From positions 43,714,854 through 43,778,853 of the forward strand of contig JAUZTB010000002.1 of NCBI GenBank assembly GCA_034780895.1: a stretch of 64,000 bases of DNA. Reading direction: 5' to 3'. Below are positions 1 to 13,249 of this stretch, piece after piece (positions within the stretch are counted from its first letter, which is position 1; each line of letters opens with the position of its first letter). Made by a program: the position numbers and the translations under genes. The stretch is from Rhynchobatus australiae (lineage: Eukaryota). Below the pieces are notes generated by a model. That model made no database searches and was not told where the DNA came from. It saw only the letters and a list, made by a program, of their open reading frames with translations.

Positions 1-157
1 TAAAAGAAGCTGCAATTTTGTGCTTTCATAACAAGGATTACATACATTTCCCACTCAAAAACAACACCAATTCTCTGGCAAAGGTGGATTATATTCTTTT
101 TCTGCCCAAACTCCAGCAAGACTATGTAGGACATCTTTATACCCTATGTGAAAAATG

Positions 158-290
158 AGGTGTCACTCTCAGCTGCTATGAGATAAACCAAGGAGATCTG
201 TTCCAGTTCTGTTTTCCAGTTGTAAAATCATGCTGTTCGCTCAAGTGAAGCACAGTTACAGATGGAATGTAGCACCTTTGACCTTTGTCA
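158..290. promoter_or_regulatory. Candidate cardiac/muscle enhancer (motif cluster)
   Basis: AGGTGTCA (T-box/MEIS) 158-165, CAGCTG 170-175, AGATAA (GATA) 181-186, TCAAGTG (NKX2-5) 241-247, CAGATG 259-264, GGAATGT (TEAD) 264-270, DR1-like AGGTCAaAGGTGC on minus 272-284. Confidence 0.35.
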
Positions 291-937
291 TTAACAACTT
301 CCTTCACCCAAGGCTCTTCCTGTGATAGAAGTTTTGCCTGTTGCTCAGCTTATACAGCGTCACTTCTGCATTCTGACACTAACTCAGGAAATGCACGCCA
401 TATGTGATACTAGGAAAACCAGGTTCTGCTTTTTTTACATCAATAATCTTACTCTACCTCTGATATGTTTTATCTACAGACTAAAGTTGTATTTAGTATT
501 TTGCAATATTAGAGATTTGACAGAACCTTCTTTGCAAGTATCTTAGCTTGGTCTAATGGTTAAGCTTCATTGTTTTTTGAACTGTTCTTTTTGTAAATAT
601 CACAAAATAAATGAGCAGCAGTTAATTTTTTTTTGTAGTTCAAAGTTCAATTTCAAATTACTTTATTGTCATTCATCCATGTTATAAAAACATATGGTGG
701 AACAAAATGTCGTTTCCCCCAGACTCACACAACAGAGGACATTCATAGAACAGAAGACATACAATAAACACAAACAAAAATTTTTTAAAAAATCAAAAAT
801 AGTGCAAGTACAAATAGTGTAAAAAATGGTATATACATAATACAAATATACATACATTGTATATACATTGTCCTTGCTGAATGTGAGATTTAACAACATA
901 TGCGCATTGAAATGAGATTCCACGATTCAATTCCATT

Positions 938-1099
938 GAACCATAGAACAATACAGCACAATACAGGCCCTTCGACCCATCACGTTGTGCCTCCCTTCAA
1001 ACCACACCTAAGACTATCTAAACCCTTCCTCCCACATATCCCTCTATCTTAAATTCCTCCATATGCTTATCTAACAATCTCTTGAACTTGACCAACGTA
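938..1099 (-). mobile_element. CR1-like LINE 3' end (runs into gap)
   Basis: Reverse complement of the elasmobranch CR1 tail (gggcc...gtgctgtattgttctatggttc), which also occurs at 6020-6062. Confidence 0.75.
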
Positions 1100-1999
1100 N
1101 NNNNNNNNNNNNNNNNNNNNNNNNNNNNNNNNNNNNNNNNNNNNNNNNNNNNNNNNNNNNNNNNNNNNNNNNNNNNNNNNNNNNNNNNNNNNNNNNNNNT
1201 GAAAGCAAAATATAGTTAACTCGTGGGGTTTGAGTACAAATTACAAAAGGGGCAGATAAGGAAAAATACTTCCATGCTGAGAGTTGTGAAATGGAATGCA
1301 CTTCTCAAAGGGTGGTGGGATTCAATACCATACTATCTTATAAAAAGTGTACTGGGTATATAATCGGCCAGAAAAAATATCCACAAGGAAAGAGTATGGA
1401 CAGTTTTCTAGCCCTTTGCAGATGCTGGCACAGGCAAAATGGAGCAAATGACCTCTGCACTATAACAGTCCATGATTTTTAGATCATATCATCCATACAC
1501 AAAGAGCATATATTTACAAACATGTTAACACTACCTTCCTCTCTACAAATATCACCTCCCCAGCAACAACTGGCAGCATTTACATCAGATTTCCTGCAAC
1601 TGCGAGAGTTTCCTTTGCTTTGTGATTTATGTCATAATAGGCTCTCTCTCAGGAATTCCTACCATAAGAAAGCTCCATCTGTAATATTGATGAAGTTTTT
1701 CCTCTCTCCACAAGCATTACCTGACCTACAGGACATTTCCTACAGTGCTACTTTTCATAGCTTTTACATGCCCCTTTGATTTTACGCTGTCCAACTATCC
1801 TCATTAACCATTCAATCAGGTGGCTTCTTCCTCATCTTTGCACTATGGCAATACTATTCTCACTCTACCAGAGATTTTGCCTTTGTCCTATCCATCTCTC
1901 ATAAACCATCTCTACAGCTCAAAGCATTTTCTACTTTAATGAAGTTCTACACTTTTTTTCTGGGGCCTGCCAAAGTCCTAGACACAAAATATTAATATT

Positions 2000-2665
2000 A
2001 TGATGGCCTCCTCTATATTGAGGACAAGACCAAACGCAGACTAGGTGACTGTTTCACAGAACACCTGCTCTCCTTCCATAACCGCGATCTGCAACTCCCC
2101 GTTTCCATTCACTTCAATTACCCCTCCCACTCTGCAGATATGTCAGTCCTTGGCCTCCTCCTCTGCCAGGAGAATTCCAAGCGCAAACTGGAGGAACAGC
2201 ACCTCATTTTCCGTCCTGGAATCCTGCAGCTTAACTGCAAGAACATTGAATTCTACCACTTTAAGTAACCCCCACATTCCCCTCCCCACACACACCTCTT
2301 CTTTTCTTCCCTTTCCTAGCCTCTCCTTTTTCTACCCTCTCTTTTTCCTCCTTACCTTTGACCCATCCCCCAGCTGATGTGCTCTCTCCTCTTCCCCCAC
2401 ATCTGTCTATCACCATCTCTTACCTGCATCTACCTATCACCACCTTTGCCCACCCCACCTCCCCTCTTGTGTCTACCTATCACTACTCTGCCATTGCGTC
2501 CTATCTATTTGGGCTTCCCCTTTCCCTATCCTCAGTCCTGAAGAAGGGTCCTGACCCGAAACATTTACCGCCTGCTTTTCTCCACGGATGCTGCCTGCTG
2601 CCTGACCTGTTATTGGCATTATGGTGGCATTCATCTAGATTCCAGCATCTGCAGTTTGTTGTTTC
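2000..2665 (+). mobile_element. Penelope-like retroelement remnant: GIY-YIG endonuclease end plus pseudo-LTR with hammerhead core
   Basis: Degenerate GLLYI(G)ETKRRLGD(R)F.EHL motif at about 2004-2070, a CT-rich tract, then CTGAAGA-A-GGGTC..GACCC-GAAA at 2538-2561 and the ttccagcatctgcag tail. Confidence 0.8.
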
Positions 2666-3449
2666 TCTAATATTACGATCACCTCTTTGAAGATGCAGCC
2701 TAACCTGATTCATCTGTTTTATTGTGATCTACTTGATGCTCAGGAATAGTCCTTTGCCAGAATATTAGCCTTCAATAAATGCATTACATACATTATTATG
2801 ATACCCAATTTAATGACAAGTTATTTCCCCTCTTGCATTGAAGAGATGCAAAGCATTATATTTTACTTAGATACAATTTACCAAGGGCATTTTTTTAATC
2901 CCCAGAGCAGAGTGTACATCTATTCTCAGTTATACAAGTGAGTCATTTTTAAAGATTAAAAACTAGCTTACTAATAGACATTCTACATTTATAATTATTT
3001 TAGTGAGAAATTATTCAATGTACAAGCTGAAAGCTCTTGAACCATACTGTTTCAAAACACTGATATAGAAATTCTAAGATGTAGCANNNNNNNNNNNNNN
3101 NNNNNNNNNNNNNNNNNNNNNNNNNNNNNNNNNNNNNNNNNNNNNNNNNNNNNNNNNNNNNNNNNNNNNNNNNNNNNNNNNNNNNNNNNNNNNNNNNNNN
3201 NNNNNNNNNNNNNNNNNNNNNNNNNNNNNNNNNNNNNNNNNNNNNNNNNNNNNNNNNNNNNNNNNNNNNNNNNNNNNNNNNNNNNNNNNNNNNNNNNNNN
3301 NNNNNNNNNNNNNNNNNNNNNNNNNNNNNNNNNNNNNNNNNNNNNNNNNNNNNNNNNNNNNNNNNNNNNNNNNNNNNNNNNNNNNNNNNNNNNNNNNNNN
3401 NNNNNNNNNNNNNNNNNNNNNNNNNNNNNNNNNNNNNNNNNNNNNNNNA

Positions 3450-3815
3450 CCCTATATTGGCCACCCTCTGGGTGATAAAGCTACCTCTCAGATTCCTATT
3501 AAATCTTTCCTTTCTCACCTTAAATCTATGCCCTCTTGTTCTCGACTCCCCAACCCTGGGAAAAAGGCAGTGCGCATTGACCCCATCTATGCCCCTCATG
3601 ATTTCATACACCCCAATAAGATCACCCCTCATTCTCCAACGGTCCAATGAAATAAGTCCCAACCTGCTCAACTTCTCTCCATAACTCAGTCCCTCGAGTC
3701 CCAGTAACATCCTTATAAATCTCCTCTGCACTTTTTCCAACTTAATGGCATCTTTCCTATAGCAGGGTGACCAAAACCTGAATATTCCAAATGCACCCTC
3801 ACCAATGTCTTGTAC
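3450..3815 (-). mobile_element. CR1-like LINE ORF2 C-terminal fragment
   Basis: FWSPCYRKDAIKLEKVQRRFIRMLLGLEGLSYGEKLSRLGL...RTRGHRFKVR...FITQRV is the typical CR1 RT C-terminus. Confidence 0.9.
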
Positions 3816-5519
3816 AACCATTCAGTCATGAATGATTCACAAGCAATTCGGGCCACTCATGCGGTATACTTAGTCTGCTCTATTATAAGGAGATCTCGAA
3901 GATCAGGTTTCAGCCCATGGAGTGCAGAAACCAACTTCAGGTGGGCCCATAAGAAGAAAAATCTACAAGTAGAGGTCTCACAGCACCCCCCATCCAACCA
4001 CACAACCCATTTGGGGACCTAACCCAAAGCCCTAACCTTACCCTTGAGGACCTGGTCCCACCTCCCAGGCACAACAATGGCACCCCTAATCAGTCTGTTT
4101 TCTTGCACTTGCTGCTTAATGGCAAAGCAAACAAGGAAAAGATCTTTAAGTGCGTGTTACCATGAAAGCCCTTGTGGATTGTGCAGGATCCTTTGGGCTG
4201 AATGCACAATAGCACTTTGTAAGCTTAGCCCCTTGAAGGAAAATCCTCTATCAAACCACACAACTTTCCAGCACCAAAGAATTTCTAGAAACTTGTAGCT
4301 TGCATCAGCCAACAATATTAAATCAAATTTGAAAACTTCTCTGTGAAATTAGTGTCATTTCTTGAAAACAAAAGACTTCCAAGGCATTCTACCTTAAACA
4401 AAATTGTATAAGCCATAGCCAAACAGCAAGATTTCTAGTGTTGTGGAATTCCTTATGTACATCTGGGAATCATGGAAAGTCCCAAGTTTAATATTTCATC
4501 CACAGAACAACACATCCAGTGAAGTAACATTTCAACAGTACTGTGCCTAGGTTGTATGGTTGTGTTGAATGATGCTGGAAACTAATTCAGAAAAGCCAGC
4601 ACTCAGCCAAACTGATGTCACACTTTCAACAGTATTCACACTACAGCCAATGTGCATGTTTTGCTGTTCCTGGTAAGGAAGACTGAATTATTTAGATACC
4701 TTTCAAAGAAAAAGGCTGGAAGTTTGTCTTGGCTCAGCAGTGCTTAATGTATAATGTATTACCAACTGTGTGCTGTACTCAACTTCTAAAATTCAGTTTC
4801 ATTTAAATAAATATCCCAAATTTCAGTAAGAGTGTGATTTAGTAAATTCATGATCAATTCTCTACTGTCTCTACTGTTACCAACTAGGATACATTTTTAG
4901 CTGCAAGCTAAAATTCTATGTGCTGCCCAACTGAGCTACTTAAATTAAAACCATTAGTAACATGCCATGGAAATAAATTCAAATGGAATATACAAAGCTA
5001 TTCCATTAAAAGTCATTACTTTTCAATTGTTAAATATTCATGCAAGAAAACTAGAACGTGAAAAACATGGTACATCATGTGGTTATAATTCATACAGTAT
5101 TGATTTACCGGGGACAAAGTTAGAATGCATAATTTGCAACAATATGTCCTGACTTGTTGAAAGCAAAATATTAGCTTGAGTACCAAATACTCCTTGTTTT
5201 CAAATAAACACTCCTGAAAAAATATGGGAGTCGAGATCACTGGACTAAGTACATTAGCCACTCCAGCTTAAATGATCTATGAATCCAATCTAAGAAGTGA
5301 GGAACATCAAGATCACAGACAGCCACAAGTGTCCAAGCACAGCATTTACTCAGGGGAGGGCGAGGATGTATATTCAATAAAACTCCAATAATATGACACC
5401 CTCAGGACTTTGATGCTGGATTGGCAGATTTTCTGTACAATTGCTTGTTATTCCTTTCAATACGCTAACAGATTTCTTATTGACTTTTTAAAAAAAGGAA
5501 TATCATGCCACATCCTTCC

Positions 5520-6062
5520 TATAATGCAGCTTTAGAAATCTCCGATTAGACCACACTTAGAGTACTGTGTTCAGTTCTGGTCGCCGCATTATAGGAAGGA
5601 TGTTGAGGTTTTGGAGAGGGTGCAGAGGAGATTTACCAGGATGCTGCCTGGATTAGAGCATATGAAATATGAGGAGAGGCTTAAGGTGCTAGGGCTTTAC
5701 TCATTCGAGAGGAGGAGGATGACAGGAGACATGATAGAGGTGTATAAAATACTGAGAGGAATAGATAAGAGTAGACAGCCAGCACCTCTTTCCCAGGGCA
5801 CCAATGCTCAAAACAAGAGGGCATGGATTTAAGGTTATGGGTGGGAAGTTCAGGGGAGATGTCAGAGGGAGGTTTTTCACCCAGAGAGTNNNNNNNNNNN
5901 NNNNNNNNNNNNNNNNNNNNNNNNNNNNNNNNNNNNNNNNNNNNNNNNNNNNNNNNNNNNNNNNNNNNNNNNNNNNNNNNNNNNNNNNNGTCCTAGGTGT
6001 GGTTTGATGGACAGCACAACATGGTGGGCCAAAGGGCCTGTATTGTGCTGTATTGTTCTATG
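5520..6062 (+). mobile_element. CR1-like LINE 3' fragment (contains a gap)
   Basis: [33 protein letters not shown]...TRGHGFKV...FFTQR plus 3' tail. Confidence 0.9.
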
Positions 6063-6147
6063 CTGCTGTGCAACAAATTTTCCAATGAACCACCCAAGTT
6101 TAAAGGGGGAACTGCAAACGAGATCAAGACAGATCCAAAGGGAGCAT

Positions 6148-6325
6148 AGGGAACAGGGCCCAAATGACTGATTATTTTTAAAAAACACAAGTTGCAAGAA
6201 ATAAGGCCCCAGTGAGTTTAAAAGCATGGGAAATGGGGTCTCAGGGAGTTTAAAAGCAGTGTAGGAAATAGGATCTCAAAAGGGTTTAAAAGTGTAGAGG
6301 GCAGGGTCCCAGTAAGTTGAAACAG
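6148..6325 (+). repeat. Degenerate minisatellite, about 4-5 units of roughly 33-36 bp (ggg(t/c)c(c/t)cag..agtttaaaag...)
   Basis: Repeated ggtc(c/t)cag...gtttaaaag cores starting near 6205, 6236, 6270 and 6303. Confidence 0.55.
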
Positions 6326-6696
6326 AAGTGGGAAGCAAAGCCAGGTGAGCAAAATGCCAAACCATCAGGATTTCTGAGCAATAGGACAGCAGATTATCTG
6401 AGTTTTACAATCTTATTGAATGCTTTTTCTCTAGCTACAAATGTTTACACCCAAACAGTTTATGTAATGCTGCCTTGTGCAGCATTCTGATCTAAGCAGT
6501 AATCCCACACACCAGAATACCTTCAGAAGTATTCGGGCCAAGTAACAATTATGGAAGTCCTTCACTGTTTTGGATGTGATGTCTGGTGCTGCAAGCAGTC
6601 AGCCAAATGAAGATAAGAGAATTTGCAAAGCAAACTCCCACAGGGCACAATACAACAAAAAAAATGAGAATGCAGGGATATGCTGAGTAGTAATGT

Positions 6697-7065
6697 AGAA
6701 CATAGAACAGTACAGCACAGCACAGAAAAGGCCCCTCAGCCCACAATGCTATGCCACATTAATTAATGATATCTAATTAAACTGATCCCTTCTACCTGCA
6801 CATGGTTAATATCCCTCCATTCTCTGCATATTCATGTACCTATCCAAGAGCTTCTTAAACACCTATATTGTATCTACCTCCACCACCACCCTAGCAGCTC
6901 ATTCCAGTCACCAACCACTGTGTAAAAAAAACTTGCCCCGCACATCTCCTTTGAATTTACTCCCTCTCACCTTAAATGCATGCCAACTAGCATTAGGCAT
7001 TTTGACCTGGGAAAAAGATTCCAGCCGTCTACTCTATCCATGCCTCTCAAATTTTATAAACTTCT
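6697..7065 (-). mobile_element. CR1-like LINE 3' fragment, 5'-truncated
   Basis: Tail agaacatagaacagtacagcac on plus. Body is homologous to the 14590-14975 copy in the opposite orientation. Confidence 0.85.
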
Positions 7066-7070
7066 TTTAG

Positions 7071-7171
7071 GAGTTCAAGAGGGCGTTAAATCGCTAAGAG
7101 GTACTACCTCAGATCAGATGTGACAACCCACTGAATTTAAGCATATTACTAAGCAAAAGAAAAGAAAATAA
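7071..7171 (+). pseudogene. Rearranged 28S rRNA-derived fragment (internal segment followed by the 28S 5' end)
   Basis: 7071-7103 GAGTTCAAGAGGGCGTtAAtCGcTAAGAGGTA matches a conserved 28S segment about 400 nt into the molecule. 7104-7171 ACCTCAGATCAGAtGTGaCaACCCaCTGAATTTAAGCATATTACTAAGC...GAAAAGAAA matches the 28S 5' terminus. Several differences are CpG-type transitions. Confidence 0.9.
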
Positions 7172-7496
7172 TATAGAATAGTAGTTATATCTGTGTCAGT
7201 AATGGCCATTAAGATAACCTTCTAATACCATCACACCATGTACCAGAAAAACCTATATAAAACAAAATTTATGAGTATCCAGTTCAGTCCTTTGTGCTCC
7301 ACGATTCAATAATTCAAGGCTGATCTTTTACCTCAGTGCCCCTTTCCTGCATTAACTCCCCATCCTTTGATCTCCTTAACACCAAAATCTAGGGACCAAG
7401 AATGCAAAAAAAGTGTCTCAGCCATTTCATGATAATAATAATGCATTAAAATTATAAATGTAATACATCCTTATGAAGTGCTTTGAAAGGCTGGTC

Positions 7497-8722
7497 ATGG
7501 CACATATTAGCGTCCCAGACAACTTCAACCCACTGTAATTCACCTACCACCAAAACAAGCTACAGCAGGCGCCATCTCCCTGGCCCTACACTGGACAGTA
7601 AGGACATCTACATTAGACTATTGGTTATTGACTACAGCTCTGTCTTCAATACTATAATTCCAAGCAAACTCATCACCAAACTCCGAGACCTAGGAATCAA
7701 CACCTCCCTTTGCAGCTGGATCCTTGCCTTCCTGTCCAACAGACCACAATCAGTGAGGATAGGCAGCAACACCTCCATCATGATTATTCTCAACACTGGG
7801 GCTCCACAAGGCTGCACCCTCAGCCCCCTACTCTACTTGCTGCACAACTGCGTGGACAGATTCTACTCTAATGCCATCTAAAGGTTGGAGACAATACCGT
7901 CGTAGACTCAGATAACAACATCAGAGTACAGGAAGGAGATAGAGAGCCTGGTGACATGGTGTCATGACAACAACCTTTCCCTCAATGTCAGCAAAATGAA
8001 AGAGCTGGTCATTGACTTCAGGGGGATGGTGCACATGCTCCTGTCTACGTCAATGGTGCCGAGGTTGAGAGCTCCAAGTTTCTTGGAGTGAATATCATCA
8101 ATAGCCTGTCAGGGTCCAACCACATAGCCACCACAGCCAAGGAAATTCACCAGTACCTCTACTTCCTCAGGAGGCTAAAGAAATTTGGTATATCCCCTTT
8201 GCCCCTCACCAATTTTTATTGATGAACCATAGAAAGCATCCTATCTGGATGCATCATGGCAACTGCTCTGCCCATGACTGCAAGAGACTGCAGAGAGTTG
8301 TGAACCAGCTCAACACATCATGGAAACCAGCCTCCCCTCCATGGACTCTGTCTATACTTCTCGCTGCCTTGGCAAAGACCCGGCCCACTCCAGACATTCC
8401 CTCTTCTCTGCTCTCTCATCAGGCAGAAGATACAAGACCCTGAAAGCACATACCATCAGACTTAAGGACAGCTTCTGTCCTGCTGTTATAAAACTACTGA
8501 ATGGTTCCCTGGTATGATAAGGTGGCCTCTTGACCTCACAATTTACATCGTAATGGCCTTGAACCTTATTGTCTACCTGCACTGCACTCTCTCTGTAACT
8601 GTAACAGTTTATTCTGCACTTTGTTATTGTTTTTATCTTGTACTACCTCAATGCACTGTGTAATGAATTGATCTGTATGGATACGATTTTCACTGTACCT
8701 TGGTATATGTGACAATAATAAC
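7497..8722 (+). mobile_element. Rex1/Babar (L2-group) LINE RT fragment with 3' end
   Basis: [19 protein letters not shown]...[39 protein letters not shown]. Frameshifted. Tail gtgacaataataaacc. Confidence 0.88.
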
Positions 8723-8867
8723 CATTTAGTTATTTACCATCCCTTTTAGAATCTTACAAAATTCTACCCAAGTACTACACATTTCAATACCAAGTTTTTG
8801 TGATTGCTTTCTCAGTTTGTAGTTGTAGTTTACTTTAATACTATAGGACCTGAAATCTTCACAGGAT

Positions 8868-9130
8868 ATGGTGGCATTATGGTTATCTTTCTGGTTATGC
8901 AATTCAGAGGCTGGAATTAATTTTGAGTTTAAGTTCCATCAGAACAGTTAAAAAATTGGATTCAGTTCATTAAATAAATCTGGAATAATATTAGTATGGG
9001 TGACCACAAAACTATAAAATTGTCATTATAGCTCCTACCAAAGATAGTCCATATGTGAGCCCAGATCCATAGTAGTGCAGTTGACTGAAAAGACTTAGCC
9101 AGCCCTCAAGGGCTTGTGAACATTCTTGAA
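8868..9130 (+). mobile_element. Elasmobranch SINE, decayed (family also at 19840-20090 -, 38880-39150 +, 56530-56680 -)
   Basis: Shared blocks gagtt.a..tccat, attcagtt..taaataaatctggaat, ggtgacca..aaacta, tgtga..ccaga..ca.ag. Confidence 0.55.
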
Positions 9131-11265
9131 AAACTTAGCACCTGTAGCTTTCTTGAGGTTTCAAGATCACACATGCTTCTATGCCCCGAGTACAAATGGC
9201 CAATGTGCTCTCCCTGGCCATACAAGTATCACTAATGTTGACCATCGCTGTACTCAGTATTGGTGGTCAATGTGTTCACTGGTACAGGTGACCAAAGCAA
9301 GTAATCTATCAAATCTCTCATATAGGGTGACTAATGCATTTGTTAGTATGGGAAGTTTATGTGCTCACTGACCAAATGGCATAATCTTCTTTTTTGACAA
9401 TCAGANNNNNNNNNNNNNNNNNNNNNNNNNNNNNNNNNNNNNNNNNNNNNNNNNNNNNNNNNNNNNNNNNNNNNNNNNNNNNNNNNNNNNNNNNNNNNNN
9501 NNNNNGGACAATCAGAAATCAAAAGTGTTCAAAACTGTTCTCAAACCAGTTCTGATTTCTTCCAACCAGCACCTACACGTATTTTTTGCATTCACATCAT
9601 AATCTCACACCAAACTGAAGAATGGATGAGATCACACAGTATTCACCTCTTTATACTCTTTCATCTCATTATCCACCATTGATATTCCAAGCAAGAGTGC
9701 TCTGATTATGCATAACTGAAATATGGAATGCTCTTTTAGATGAATAAGGGGAAAGAAAACACATTGGAATGAGGCTTTCCCAGATTTGTATCCTGAATAC
9801 CACATCTGCAAATTGGTTTCAATCCCCATGAGATTACAACCCATTTTAAGAAAAGGGCTATATGCTGAATTATAGAATTGACTGATTCTGGGTAATGCAA
9901 CATATTTTAGCAACTCTGAAATATTTATGTACTCCAGCTTTTGCAGAGTTGAGATGAATGTCACTATCTTAAAACAAGTTCCTGTGAACACCATCTGACA
10001 ATAGACACCTATAGCACAATGTCAAGTAGGCCAGTGAGCGCAATGTCATTGACTGATCTGGAACTGTGTATTATCGGCATCCAGATACAGCACATCTTGG
10101 TAACCATGTTGTTCCTCTCTCTCCCAGTGTCTAAAGTCTTGCAGTTGTAAGAAATTAGACATGATATTTAAACAATAAAGTACTTACTTTTAATATGACA
10201 CATCATGTCACATTCTAACACCGAACAACACTTTCTTCCCACTGTTGTGGGATTTTAAGAAGTCGAATTTTGCTGTTTATTTGGCTTAACCTCAGTATAT
10301 GTAAGAGGTTGCCTTCCAAGCTTACAAATAACTGACCGTGATTGCTCCCTTTGATCTGTCAGTTGGCTCAGTTGGAAACCTCAAACACTAAATGCCCAAG
10401 TCATGTCGCTGAGTCTTTGCCACTCAGCAAGAAATAGCATTGCATGCCTCTAGCACCAATGATTAATGAAATAGGTTTCAAAGGACAGTCACTGTTGTAA
10501 TACAAGAGACGCAACAGCTGATATATGGACAACAAGTTTCTATAACCACATTAAACCATTTTTTTTAGTGATATGGACTGAAAGATGCACATTGACTAGA
10601 ACAACAGAGACAATACATTCCTCTTCAAATTGGATCTTCTACATTCATCCAACTTGAGCAGACAAGACTTTGATTAAACAAAACATTTATAAGATAGCAC
10701 CATAACACTGCTGCACTGGAGATTCAGACAACTATTTTTGTAATCACCCATTTTAAGTGGGAAACATCTAAATTAGAGGTCCAAGTGCTATCAATTTAGA
10801 AATATCAGGCACCATATCATCTCTTTTGCTCCCACTCAGTGTTACAGCAGCACTTGTGCTGCAGTTCTGTGATTTCCACAACACTCAGTTCCACCTTGCT
10901 CCAGCATCAATACATGTTCCTCAATTTCACTCATCTAACAGCATAATTTCACCTCCTACAGATCATGCTTTCAATATTACTTCACCTCCCTCAATATCAT
11001 TTCAACACCATTAGTGCTCCCTTGATTTTTACTCCAGCTACCCTTCAATAAGCATAGTTTTTGTTTAAAGCAAATTTTGGAATTAATGGACAGTATTGTA
11101 GTTACCAATGGAAAAAAATTGAAGTGTTATATTCAAGACCTTTATTTTTACTGGAAATTCAACTTAAGAGACATTTAATAAAAATTGGCAGTCATGTTCC
11201 TTTGTATTTTTACCATAAATCATCCGTAAATACTGACAAGTGCTCCCTAGAACATACATGGAACA

Positions 11266-11685
11266 GAGAATAGTACAGCACAGGAACAGGCCCTTCAGCC
11301 CACAATGTTTTGTCCAACTAATTAAACGAGTAATTAAATGCCTAATTAAACTAATCCCTTCTGCCTACACAATGTCCATATCCCTTCATTCTCTGCAAAT
11401 TCATGCGCCTCTCTAAGAGCTTCTTAAACGCCTCTACGATATTCGCCAGACACCAGCCTCCCCTCCTTGGACTCTGTCTTTACCTCTCACTGTTTTGACA
11501 AAGCAGCCAGCATAATCAAAGACCCCGTCCACCACGGTCATTCTCTCTTCTTCCATTAGGTAGAAGATACAGGATCCTGAGGGGACATACCACCAGACTT
11601 AAAGACAGCTTCTACCCCACTGTGATAAGACTATTGAATAGTTCCCTTATAGGATGAGATGGACTCTGCCCTCACAATTTACCTN
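11266..11685. mobile_element. CR1 tail (minus, 11266-11445) abutting a Rex/Babar-like 3' fragment (plus, 11448-11685)
   Basis: Homology by eye to 6697-6900 and to 8320-8550 respectively. Confidence 0.75.
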
Positions 11686-13249
11686 NNNNNNNNNNNNNNN
11701 NNNNNNNNNNNNNNNNNNNNNNNNNNNNNNNNNNNNNNNNNNNNNNNNNNNNNNNNNNNNNNNNNNNNNNNNNNNNNNNNNNNNNNNNNNNNNNNNNNNN
11801 NNNNNNNNNNNNNNNNNNNNNNNNNNNNNNNNNNNNNNNNNNNNNNNNNNNNNNNNNNNNNNNNNNNNNNNNNNNNNNNNNNNNNNNNNNNNNNNNNNNN
11901 NNNNNNNNNNNNNNNNNNNNNNNNNNNNNNNNNNNNNNNNNNNNNNNNNNNNNNNNNNNNNNNNNNNNNNNNNNNNNNNNNNNNNNNNNNNNNNNNNNNN
12001 NNNNNNNNNNNNNNNNNNNNNNNNNNNNNNNNNNNNNNNNNNNNNNNNNNNNNNNNNNNNNNNNNNNNNNNNNNNNNNNNNNNNNNNNNNNNNNNNNNNN
12101 NNNNNNNNNNNNNNNNNNNNNNNNNNNNNNNNNNNNNNNNNNNNNNNNNNNNNNNNNNNNNNNNNNNNNNNNNNNNNNNNNNNNNNNNNNNNNNNNNNNN
12201 NNNNNNNNNNNNNNNNNNNNNNNNNNNNNNNNNNNNNNNNNNNNNNNNNNNNNNNNNNNNNNNNNNNNNNNNNNNNNNNNNNNNNNNNNNNNNNNNNNNN
12301 NNNNNNNNNNNNNNNNNNNNNNNNNNNNNNNNNNNNNNNNNNNNNNNNNNNNNNNNNNNNNNNNNNNNNNNNNNNNNNNNNNNNNNNNNNNNNNNNNNNN
12401 NNNNNNNNNNNNNNNNNNNNNNNNNNNNNNNNNNNNNNNNNNNNNNNNNNNNNNNNNNNNNNNNNNNNNNNNNNNNNNNNNNNNNNNNNNNNNNNNNNNN
12501 NNNNNNNNNNNNNNNNNNNNNNNNNNNNNNNNNNNNNNNNNNNNNNNNNNNNNNNNNNNNNNNNNNNNNNNNNNNNNNNNNNNNNNNNNNNNNNNNNNNN
12601 NNNTTTACAATTCCAGCATCTGCAGTCACTTGTGTTTCTTTAAAGAGATTTTAAATTTAATTTTTTATCTCTCCTATCTTTTGTAGGCAGCAATTCATGG
12701 AGGTAAAGAGCAAAAAAATTCCTCTCCCTTTTAGATTCCTTAAAAATTGTGAAGATTGACAAGGTAGGTTTGAATGAGAAGGGCTCTTCACTCCATTTTG
12801 TAACACCTCCCAAAACTTCAAGCCTCCCATGGAATACAAATAAAAACCTAATCCATGCTTCAGAAGGTGAGATAATCATTATGCTTCAAATTTTTCAATA
12901 GTGTGTTTGTGAGTTCAGAGCAGCAAAGATTGAAAAAAAGTTAAAAGAAGAGTAATTAGAAACTGTAACAAGTTTTTCTTGTAACTAGTTGCAGATTAGG
13001 TTTAATGTGATTACAATACAAACGAGATCAATCCTGTGATTGTCTTTCAAAGTGTTGTAACCCCTTTACCATGCCCACACAACATAGGAGTTTAAAATTT
13101 TCACAGTCTGAGATTAGTTTTTTTTGGTTTTACTTGTTAGTTTGAACTGTTGTTTTGCAGCCATTTAAAATATTATTTTCTTAATTTGTATCAATTTCTT
13201 TCATTCTCAGCTTTGCCTCATTTCAAAACAAACATGATTATTGCCCATG

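Noticed and set aside
6148-6325. Spaced repeats of about 35 bp superficially like a CRISPR array
   Set aside because: Vertebrate DNA, units degenerate along their whole length, no unique spacers and no cas genes. A minisatellite.
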